Of a stretch of 64,000 nucleotides of DNA, positions 56,415 through 64,000 are shown piece after piece. Where the stretch lies: contig CAXXGO010000006.1 of assembly GCA_963666835.2 (NCBI GenBank), positions 1,440,001-1,504,000 of the forward strand, given 5' to 3'. Positions within the stretch are counted from its first letter, which is position 1. Each line of letters starts with the position of its first letter. Both the position numbers and the translations under genes were made by a program. This stretch comes from Phycisphaerae bacterium (lineage in GTDB: Bacteria > Planctomycetota > Phycisphaerae > UBA1845). Below the pieces are notes generated by a model. The model was not told where the DNA came from. It searched no databases and was given only the letters and a program-made list of their open reading frames with translations.

Positions 56415-57977
56415 ATGAAGCAGAAGCAGGTTGCGTTGCTGGCGTGGGAGTCCCGGCACTCGGTTGCAGTCGGTGGTCTGGGAGAGCACATCACCGAATT
56501 GGCTTCCGCCCTCGATCGTCGCGGACACCAGGTGCATGTTTACACCCGAAGAGGGGAAGGACAATCCGGCTACGATTGCGTGGACGGTGTGCATTATCAC
56601 CGCTGTCAATACGAACCGCACCCGGACTTCTTCGTCGACAATCAGCGGATGTGCGATAGCTTCGTCTGGCACCTCGCGGAGACCGAGAGCTATCTGACCC
56701 GACCGTTTGATGTGGTGCACGCCCACGATTGGTTGGCGGTCAAGGCGATGGTGGCTGCCAAGAACCGGCACGGGGCTCCCGTGGTTCTCACCGTGCATTC
56801 AACTGAGTTCGGCCGCTGCGGCAACCAGCTCTTCGAAGGCCCCTCGCGGAGGATTCGTGAGATCGAGTGGGAGGGGACCTACGTGGCGGAACGTGTTCTG
56901 TGCGTTTCCGGAATGTTGCGCAACGAGGTTCAAGGGCTCTACAGCGTACCGGGTGACAAGATGCACGTGGTCTACAACGGTATCGATGTCGAGCGCTTCG
57001 ATGCCAGGGTGAACACGCGGCGGGCGCGCAACAACTGCGCCGTGGGGCTCGACGACCCGCTTGTTCTGTTTGCGGGGCGCATGACGCAACAGAAGGGGCC
57101 CGACTTGCTGATGGAGGCAGTCCCGCGTTTGCTCCGGGATCACCCGGATGCGAAGTTCGTGTTCGCCGGCGACGGAGACTTGCGCTCGGGATTGGAACGC
57201 AGAGCCGTCGATTTGGGGGTTGACCGGTCCACCAGGTTCCTGGGGCACCGCAATGGACGCGAGCTAGTGGGGTTGTTCAAAAGTGCAGACGTAGTCTGCG
57301 TTCCCAGCCGCAATGAGCCGTTCGGGATCGTAATCCTCGAGGCGTGGAGCGCACGCAAGCCGGTCGTAGCCACGCGAAACGGCGGGCCGGCGGAGTTTGT
57401 CAAGCATGAGGATACCGGTCTGACCGTCTCGGACGACCAGGAGGCGATCGGATGGGGGCTCGGGACGGTGCTGGCCGACAGGCCGTACGGCCGCCGGATG
57501 GGGCGAAACGGGCGCAAGGAGGCGGAGGCGCGTTTTTCCTGGGATACCGTGGCGGCTCAGACGGAAGAGGTGTACCAAACGGTGTGGAATCGCCGATCAA
57601 CACTATGTCGGCAATCTAGCATGCGTATTGAGGAGGTTACGGGCATGGCTCGACCGAAGAGCACCAATGAGGACGGCGCGACCGCCAAGGGGAATCAGGC
57701 CAAAGGTACGACCGGCACGATAAGGACCGCGGCCAAGCCTGCGGCAACGATGCGGGCCACGAAGGGAACGACGGAGACGGTTACGAAGTCGATGGCCGCC
57801 TCTGCGGTCTCGGGCATGTCGATGCCCTCCGTCGAAGATATCCGCAAGCGCGCTTACGAGATCTACTTGGGCCGGGGGAGTGTGCCCGGTGACCCCGTTC
57901 AGGACTGGTTGCAGGCCGAGCGGGAGCTGGAGGCCGAGCAGGCCAAGACCGCCCGCCGCCGAGTACGCTCGCGCTGA
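56415..57977 (+). CDS. GT4 glycosyltransferase fused in frame to a C-terminal DUF2934 domain
   Basis: VGGLGEH, VVHAHDW, HSTE.GR, FAGRM..QKG, PSRNEPFGIVILEAW; tail IRKRAYEIYLGRG..PGDPVQDWLQAEREL; SD GAGGA before ATG 56415. Confidence 0.88.
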   Translation: MKQKQVALLAWESRHSVAVGGLGEHITELASALDRRGHQVHVYTRRGEGQSGYDCVDGVHYHRCQYEPHPDFFVDNQRMCDSFVWHLAETESYLTRPFDVVHAHDWLAVKAMVAAKNRHGAPVVLTVHSTEFGRCGNQLFEGPSRRIREIEWEGTYVAERVLCVSGMLRNEVQGLYSVPGDKMHVVYNGIDVERFDARVNTRRARNNCAVGLDDPLVLFAGRMTQQKGPDLLMEAVPRLLRDHPDAKFVFAGDGDLRSGLERRAVDLGVDRSTRFLGHRNGRELVGLFKSADVVCVPSRNEPFGIVILEAWSARKPVVATRNGGPAEFVKHEDTGLTVSDDQEAIGWGLGTVLADRPYGRRMGRNGRKEAEARFSWDTVAAQTEEVYQTVWNRRSTLCRQSSMRIEEVTGMARPKSTNEDGATAKGNQAKGTTGTIRTAAKPAATMRATKGTTETVTKSMAASAVSGMSMPSVEDIRKRAYEIYLGRGSVPGDPVQDWLQAERELEAEQAKTARRRVRSR

Positions 57978-58053
57978 TCCTCGAAAGTTCATGACAGATT
58001 CTTGTCATTCGTGGCATGGGTCAACTTGTTGACCTGTGGGGCATGGTGGGCTC

Positions 58054-59068
58054 GTAGCGCAGGTCGAGGCACGAGACCTGCCGCAACCCTGCAAAACTCG
58101 CCACGGGCAAGCTGCGTGGCGACCGGCGAAACGACGCGCGAGATCCGTGCTTGCCCATGCCACCCACGGGGGTGGCCCATGTCCTCTTGTGTTCAGAGCG
58201 CGTTGCGACTCGTCGCAGATCGTACAATGCCAAACACGTCGGACATGGGGGAGCCGATGACAAGCTCCCGACATTGCGGCAGGTCTCGTGCCTCGACCTG
58301 CCCTACAGTCTGCAAAACTCGCCACGGGCAAGCCGCGTGGCGACCGATGGAATGGCGCGCGAGATCCGTGCTTGCCCATGCCACCCACGGGGGTGGCCCA
58401 TGTCCTCTTGTGTTTAGAGTGCGTTGCGACTCGTCGCGGATCGTGCAGCGCCAAACACGTTGGACATGGGGGAGCCGATGACAAGCTCCCGACATTGCGG
58501 CAGGTCTCGTGCCTCGACCTGCCCTACAGACACTGCGGCAGGTCTCGTGCCTCGACCTGCCCTACAGTCTGCAAAACTCGCCACGGGCAAGCCGCGTGGC
58601 GACCGGCGAAACGACGCGCGAGATCCGTGCTTGCCCATGCCACCCACGGGGGTGGCCCATGTCCTCTTGTGTTTAGAGTGCGTTGCGACTCGTCGCGGAT
58701 CGTGCAGCGCCAAACACGTTGGACATGGGGGAGCCGATGACAAGCTCCCGACATTGCGGCAGGTCTCGTGCCTCGACCTGCCCTACAGACACTGCGGCAG
58801 GTCTCGTGCCTCGACCTGCCCTACAGTCTGCAAAACTCGCCACGGGCAAGCCGCGTGGCGACCGGTGGAATGGCGCGCGAGATCCGTGCTTGCCCATGCC
58901 ACCCACGGGGGTGGCCCATGTCCTCTTGTGTTTAGAGTGCGTTGCGACTCGTCGCAGATCGTGCAGCGCCAAACACGTCGGACATGGGGGAGCCGATGAC
59001 AAGCTCCCGACACTGCGGCAGGTCCCGTGCCTCGACCTGCCCTACAGCTTGCAGGACGCCTGCGCTAC
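58054..59068. repeat. Tandem array of four composite REP-containing units (BIME-like)
   Basis: TGCAAAACTCGCCACGGGCAAG starts at 58090, 58311, 58570 and 58829 (periods 221, 259, 259); the 259-bp units carry a doubled REP. Confidence 0.95.
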
Positions 59069-60198
59069 GCAGGGTGGAACGGTTCCTGGTCTGCGTCGCT
59101 CAACGCGATATCTACACCTGGTAGCGCGCCTAAGAGACGGTCAGCAAGCACCGGGAGCACGGGGCGTTCGCTGGACCAATGACTCAGGGCGATCGCGGTG
59201 CAGCCATAGCGCTGGATGGTCAGCGCATCGTGGTGGCGAATCTCCCCGGTGACGATCACATCCTTGGCGGTCAGGGCAACGCGGAAAGGAGTGTCTCCGG
59301 CGGAGCCGACCGCTACGATCACACGCTCGATACCGCGATCGGCCGGGCCGACGATTTGCACACCCGGTGCTCCGGTAGCGCGTTTAAGCTTGCGGGCTAA
59401 ACGGCCGGTAGTGGTGACGCGGGGCAGGCGGCCGACGCGCCCCGCCCCCGCGACCGGCCTGGCCGTCAGACGATAGATGTCGTAGGCCGGCTCTTCGTAC
59501 GGGTGGGCATCGATCATCGCGGCCACTACGGCCGGCAAGGCTGCCTCCGGGACGACTGTCTCCAGGCGGACTTCGTCTACGTACTCCATCTTCCCGCGTT
59601 GCCCCAGTGCCGGGTTGGTTGACTCGCCTCCGAAGAAAGTGCCTTGTCCAGTGAGTCGATAGCTGCAGCGGCTATAGTCGCCGATCTGCCCGGCTCCGGC
59701 GTTGAACACCGCATCAGCGACCTTCTCCGCCTGCTCGGCCGGAACGAACACGATGAGTTTCATCTTGTTCTGCCCGGGCTGGTCCACGTGTTTGATCGGC
59801 TCGATCTCCTTAAGCCCGCACAATGCGGCCAGTACGTCGTTAGTGCCCCCTTCGGCGGCGTCGAGTGCCGTGTGCGGGGCATAGATGGCGATCCCGTTAC
59901 GAATGCAGTCGAAGACAACGGCGTCCGTGCCGGTGCTCGGCTTGCGCAACGCGGACGCCGGTTTGAACAGCGGCGGGTGATAGCTCATTACGAAGTCGGC
60001 CTTGGCGCGGACGGCCTCGGCGGCGACCGCCGGCGTAAGGTCGATGCACAGCAGCATCCGCCGTACTGGAGCGTTGCGATCGCCGACAAGTAGCCCGACG
60101 TTATCCCAGCTCTCGGCAAGCCCCAGCGGAGCGATATCCTCCAAAGCAGAGCATACATCGGCTACGGTCGTCCTCTTCCTTGATGTTGCCTTGCTCAT
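59065..60198 (-). CDS. Nif3-like (DUF34) dinuclear metal protein with PII-like insert
   Basis: AESWDNVGLLVG, YHPPLF, HTALD, KLIVFVP...AHPYEEPAYD, TGEIRHH, HWSSE. Confidence 0.93.
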   Translation of the reverse strand: MSKATSRKRTTVADVCSALEDIAPLGLAESWDNVGLLVGDRNAPVRRMLLCIDLTPAVAAEAVRAKADFVMSYHPPLFKPASALRKPSTGTDAVVFDCIRNGIAIYAPHTALDAAEGGTNDVLAALCGLKEIEPIKHVDQPGQNKMKLIVFVPAEQAEKVADAVFNAGAGQIGDYSRCSYRLTGQGTFFGGESTNPALGQRGKMEYVDEVRLETVVPEAALPAVVAAMIDAHPYEEPAYDIYRLTARPVAGAGRVGRLPRVTTTGRLARKLKRATGAPGVQIVGPADRGIERVIVAVGSAGDTPFRVALTAKDVIVTGEIRHHDALTIQRYGCTAIALSHWSSERPVLPVLADRLLGALPGVDIALSDADQEPFHPA

Positions 60199-61058
60199 TC
60201 GCCGGCACACTCCTTTCGTACGAGGTCTCTAAAGGCCTCCCGCAGTCTCCGGGTGATCGGTCCGGGGCGGCCGTCGGCGATGTCGTGTTTCTCGACCCGG
60301 CTTACGGGCATGACCTGCATAATGACGTTGGTCAGCATTACCTCGTTGGCATCGAGAAGGTCGTCGATCGAAAGGGGGCGCTCCTGTACTTCGATGCCGG
60401 CCTTACGGGCAAGTTTAATGACGATTCCGCGCGCGATCCCCGGAAGGACCGGAGTGTCGAGCGGCGGTGTCACAAGTACACCACCGCAAACGATGAACAC
60501 GTTACTGATCGAACCTTCCGCCAGGTGCCGCCCGGTGGTAAACCAGAGGGCTTCGGAGCACCGGGCACGTTGAGCCTCGCGCAGGCCGATCAGGCGGGGG
60601 AGGTATGCGAGAGTCTTGTGTCCGGCGATGGGGTCACTGGGGGAGACGAGGTGCTTGGTGATTACCACCGGCACTCCGGTATCGGCCACGGAAGCCGGCG
60701 GGGCGCCGAGCGGTTTCGCCGTTACGCAAACCGTGGGTCGGATGGAAGCGTCCTCGCCGGGGTCCATTGAGCCGGCTGACACGGTCAGACGCAAACGCGC
60801 TACCTTCAGCTCATTACGCTCCAGTAGTTGTTCAAGATCGGCGGTAGACGGAAGCTGCTCACGCTCAAGGGGGCGGATAAGAACCTCCGCGGACCGCCGA
60901 AGGCGGCCAATGTGAGATTCGAGCCGAAACACCCGACCGTTCTCGGCGCGCATGGTCTCGAATAATCCCGCACCGTGGAGCCAGCCGCCGTCGTCGATGC
61001 TGATCCGGGCCTCGTCTTCCGGAACCAGCTTGCCGTTGAAGTACACGAATTGGGTCAC
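60195..61058 (-). CDS. pabC: Class IV aminotransferase / aminodeoxychorismate lyase
   Basis: DGGWLHGAGLFETMR, HKTLAY, EGSISNVF, LPGIAR; coupled to pabB. The symbol rests on context; IlvE-like activity is possible. Confidence 0.75.
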   Translation of the reverse strand: MTQFVYFNGKLVPEDEARISIDDGGWLHGAGLFETMRAENGRVFRLESHIGRLRRSAEVLIRPLEREQLPSTADLEQLLERNELKVARLRLTVSAGSMDPGEDASIRPTVCVTAKPLGAPPASVADTGVPVVITKHLVSPSDPIAGHKTLAYLPRLIGLREAQRARCSEALWFTTGRHLAEGSISNVFIVCGGVLVTPPLDTPVLPGIARGIVIKLARKAGIEVQERPLSIDDLLDANEVMLTNVIMQVMPVSRVEKHDIADGRPGPITRRLREAFRDLVRKECAGE

Positions 61059-62485
61059 GGTATTGCGGCTTTCTTTGGGGTTGGTTTCCTGGCATTCAAG
61101 TCCACGCCGAGGGCTCGGAACATACCGGATGCCTTGGCGAGGGTCTCTTCGTATTCACGCTCGGCCACGCTGTCGGCGACAATAGCCCCGCCGGCGTGAA
61201 CGTGGACGAGATGGCCCGTCTGGGTCATTGTACGGATAGCGATGTTCAGAGACATCGAACCGTCCAGCCCGAGCCGGCCGATCGATCCGCAGTATACTCC
61301 ACGCTGGGTCGGTTCGAGTTCGTCTATTATCTGCATCGCGCGGATCTTGGGGGCTCCGGTGATCGATCCGCCGGGGAACGAGGCTCGAAGCAAATCCAGC
61401 CAGTTTTTGCCAGGACGCAGATCTCCCACGATCGTGGCCACGCGGTGGAACACGGTCGGGTGCTCTTCCAGGTCGCCGGCCGCGGTTACCCGCACGCTTC
61501 CGTACGAACAGACCCGGCCCAAGTCGTTCCGGAGCAGATCGGTGATCATGGTCAGCTCGGCCCGCTCCTTCTCACAGGACATCAGATCGGCGCGGCTCCG
61601 GCGGTCTTCATCCGGTTCGTCTGTTCGCGGCCTGGTGCCCTTGATGGGGCGGGTTACGACATGCCCGTCGCGCAGCTCCAGGAACAGCTCGGGCGAGGCC
61701 GAGATGATGGCCGCGGCTCCCCAGGGCAGGAACGCGGCGTGGGACGACGGGCATGCTCGGCGTAGGCGGCGATACAGCTCCACCGGCGTGGCATCCGTGC
61801 GGACGGTGAAACGCTGGGTGAGGTTGGCCTGATAGATGTCGCCGGCCTCGATGTACCGCTTCACCCGCGCGAGTCGGGCGTAGTATTCCCGGCGGGTCAT
61901 GTTCGCCGAAGCCGTTCTGGTCGGGTCGATTGGCGGAAGGTCTGGTAGCCTGCTTGTTGCCGCGCAGTTGAGCGTTTCTCGTAGGTCATTGAGCCGCGCG
62001 GCAACGGGCGGGCGCCGGGCGGCGAGCCGGCCGGGCCAGTCGACTGCGGTGAGGAGCCACTGCCGCGTGTGGTGGTCGAAGACGGCGGCCGCGTCGTACA
62101 AGCGAAACCACGCCGCCGGCAGATCTACGTCGCGTCGGGTGGTGCAACGGATCCCTTCGATAGCCAGCCCTGATTCGTAGGTGAAGTACCCGATCCACCC
62201 GCAGCCGGGCGGCTCGATGTCGGAAGTTGTTGCGGGCGGGTACTTGGCCACATGCTCGGCGAAGCTGTGGAACGGGCATCCTTGGGCGCCAGCCGGGTGT
62301 ATGAACTCGTCAGCGGGCCGCGCCGCCATGATGGAGAACCGCGCGTAAGGCGAGTTGCGCAGTGAGCTTTCGAGGATTGCCGGGCTTGTGTGTTCAGAGA
62401 AAATCACAGCCGCGGCTTCTGGGCTGACGGGGATTTCACAGGGTTCGATGATGATGCGCGGAGCTGTTCGTTGGCCGGCGGTCAT
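61055..62485 (-). CDS. pabB: Aminodeoxychorismate synthase component I
   Basis: GDIYQANL, SPELFL, TRPIKGTRPR (PabB-type PIKGT), KERAELTMITDLLRND, FPGGSITGAPKIRAM. Confidence 0.9.
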   Translation of the reverse strand: MTAGQRTAPRIIIEPCEIPVSPEAAAVIFSEHTSPAILESSLRNSPYARFSIMAARPADEFIHPAGAQGCPFHSFAEHVAKYPPATTSDIEPPGCGWIGYFTYESGLAIEGIRCTTRRDVDLPAAWFRLYDAAAVFDHHTRQWLLTAVDWPGRLAARRPPVAARLNDLRETLNCAATSRLPDLPPIDPTRTASANMTRREYYARLARVKRYIEAGDIYQANLTQRFTVRTDATPVELYRRLRRACPSSHAAFLPWGAAAIISASPELFLELRDGHVVTRPIKGTRPRTDEPDEDRRSRADLMSCEKERAELTMITDLLRNDLGRVCSYGSVRVTAAGDLEEHPTVFHRVATIVGDLRPGKNWLDLLRASFPGGSITGAPKIRAMQIIDELEPTQRGVYCGSIGRLGLDGSMSLNIAIRTMTQTGHLVHVHAGGAIVADSVAEREYEETLAKASGMFRALGVDLNARKPTPKKAAIP

Positions 62486-62541
62486 GGCGGGGCGGAGTAT
62501 ATCAGAGCCGGCGACGATGCGTTAGTCTGGGTACTTCTGCG

Positions 62542-62570
62542 TTGACATCCGCCGGATGCATCGGTAACGT
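62542..62570 (+). promoter_or_regulatory. Sigma-70 promoter
   Basis: TTGACA-N17-TAACGT about 60 nt before ATG 62631. Confidence 0.6.
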
Positions 62571-62630
62571 GCAATCCGAGGTTTCGCGCGAAGGATTGAG
62601 TTGGCTTCACCGGTCAAAGGACGGGCCATC

Positions 62631-63872
62631 ATGTTTAGAAGACAGCATTTGCCCCGGTTTCTTGCGGTTCTTGGCACGATTGTAGCATCCGTAGTGTGGT
62701 CTGCTAATGCAGCGGATCCGCCGCGGCGCTCGGCGCCGGAGCAGGGGGAGGTTTCCGCGGAGAGCGTTTATGTTCGCAGCGGGCCCAGCCTGAACCATTA
62801 CACGATATGCAAACTGAACGCGGGCGATCGGGTGACGATTGTCGGTGAGCGCAACGGATGGTACGAGATTCTGGCGCCGGCGGGGGTGTTCAGCCTGATC
62901 TCCGGTGACTACGTGGACAGCCCGGACGGCAAGTCCGGCGTGGTGAACGGCTCCAATGTTCGGGTTCGGGCGGGCTCCTCGCTCAACGACTCCAAGTACA
63001 CGATTCAGACGAAGCTGTCGAAGGGGGCTGAGGTGTCGATCCTGGGCCGCAATCCGGACGGCTTCTATCGGATAGTCCCGCCGGACGATGTGACGGTGTG
63101 GATCAGTGCCGATTTCGTCGAGCGGGTGTCACCGGGGCGGCTGCAGCACGAGCGGGCCGTTCAAGCGCCCATCGGTGACGTGACGCCGGCGCCCACCGGC
63201 GCAGGAGTTACTGACGAAAAGGTGTCACCTGAGGATGCGGAACCGCATTCGGGTTCGTTGCTGGCCGCCGTTCAGGCGACGTTTGAGCGGGGGCAACTGG
63301 CCGAGATTGATGCCGATGCCGACGCGGAGTTTGCCAAACCCCTGCTCGATCGCGAGTTGGATTCGTTGATCAAGCGCTATCGGAAGGTCGCCGGGCAAGA
63401 AGAGGACGAGTTCGCCCGGCGCTATGCCGAGGCCCGGATCACCCAGATCGAGAACATGGTCGAGGCCGCCGAGGCTATCCGGCGGGTACGGCGGATGGGC
63501 GAGCAGACCGACGCACGGCGCCGAGAGTTCATGGCGGAGCGGGCGAACATGCACAGCGCCCCGGTCCCGGTGCCGAGCGGGCTGAGCGCCCAGGGTGAAT
63601 TGCACGTCAGCGCTTTGTATGTGCCGGGTACGCAGCCGAATCGGTATCGGCTTGTCGATCCGACGCAATCTCCGCCGCGGACGATTGCCTACGTCGACAT
63701 TCCCGCGGAATTGGTGATCGATGTGAACGAGTTTCTCGGGCGGTACGTGGGGGTGCGGGCTTCCGGGCAGCGGCTGCAGCCCGGCGGGGTGGACCCGGTG
63801 CCGATCTATGTAGCTCGCGAGTTGGTGGTGCTGGATCCCGCGGTCGCGACGGCCGGGGCAGAGGGTGACTAA
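62631..63872 (+). CDS. Secreted tandem SH3b-domain protein
   Basis: Signal peptide; VYVRSGPS...LNAGDRVTIVGERNGWYEI and NVRVRAG...LSKGAEVSILG...FYRI...VWIS. Confidence 0.85.
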   Translation: MFRRQHLPRFLAVLGTIVASVVWSANAADPPRRSAPEQGEVSAESVYVRSGPSLNHYTICKLNAGDRVTIVGERNGWYEILAPAGVFSLISGDYVDSPDGKSGVVNGSNVRVRAGSSLNDSKYTIQTKLSKGAEVSILGRNPDGFYRIVPPDDVTVWISADFVERVSPGRLQHERAVQAPIGDVTPAPTGAGVTDEKVSPEDAEPHSGSLLAAVQATFERGQLAEIDADADAEFAKPLLDRELDSLIKRYRKVAGQEEDEFARRYAEARITQIENMVEAAEAIRRVRRMGEQTDARRREFMAERANMHSAPVPVPSGLSAQGELHVSALYVPGTQPNRYRLVDPTQSPPRTIAYVDIPAELVIDVNEFLGRYVGVRASGQRLQPGGVDPVPIYVARELVVLDPAVATAGAEGD

Positions 63873-63934
63873 TAGCCCACCGAGAACATCCGGCGTTTCC
63901 GCTTGTGGCGGCTTTGTTTGAAAGGGAGTCTGCG

Positions 63935-64000
63935 GTGACAAAACGTCTGTGGTCGATTCGAAGGAAGCTCGCTACGGCTATGACGGCGGGAGTTCTGCTC
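63935..64000 (+). CDS. Start of a secreted protein (runs off the window)
   Basis: SD AAGGGAG, GTG, MTKRLWSIRRKLATAMTAGVLL signal-peptide-like. Confidence 0.5.
   Translation, partial: MTKRLWSIRRKLATAMTAGVLL

Noticed and set aside
58002..59252. Many overlapping ORFs across the 58-59 kb array (also at 46.6-47.3 kb and 7.0-7.7 kb)
   Set aside because: They are translations of repeat DNA in several frames, with no SD or domain signal.
62672..62687. Sigma-54-like TGGCACG-N4-TAGCA
   Set aside because: It lies inside a signal-peptide coding region and mismatches the -12 TTGC.
1..64000. tRNA, rRNA, integrase, transposase, prophage or defence genes
   Set aside because: None recognised by eye; a tRNAscan-SE/Infernal run would be needed for certainty.

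Overview
GC-rich bacterial window, most likely Planctomycetota/Phycisphaerae. This rests on the GYxLxG..CPECG zinc ribbons, DxDxDVDLxDF dockerin-like tails, GACC repeats, and CRTAC1, DUF1573 and TMTC-like proteins. It holds about 45 CDS: housekeeping genes (Uup-like ABC-F, DAHP synthase, pabB/pabC, Nif3, RNase HII-like, HIT, MATE, glycogen synthase), envelope-glycan modules and large secreted proteins. No tRNA, rRNA, CRISPR array or transposase was found. Intergenic DNA carries about 20 copies of a GTAG-headed REP hairpin, other REP-like families, three tandem arrays and a 144-bp MITE. Top candidate system: a PqqD/RRE-like radical SAM-SPASM enzyme translationally coupled to a membrane protein ending in a CACACVACACACACAGGG tail. 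Other leads: an in-frame UGA followed by a SECIS-like hairpin in a Cys-rich secreted protein, a half-length UvrA ending beside a REP array, GGA-loop hairpins upstream of a FliA-type sigma factor, and a nested DUF2934 gene. All family calls come from motif recognition by eye; no database searches were run.
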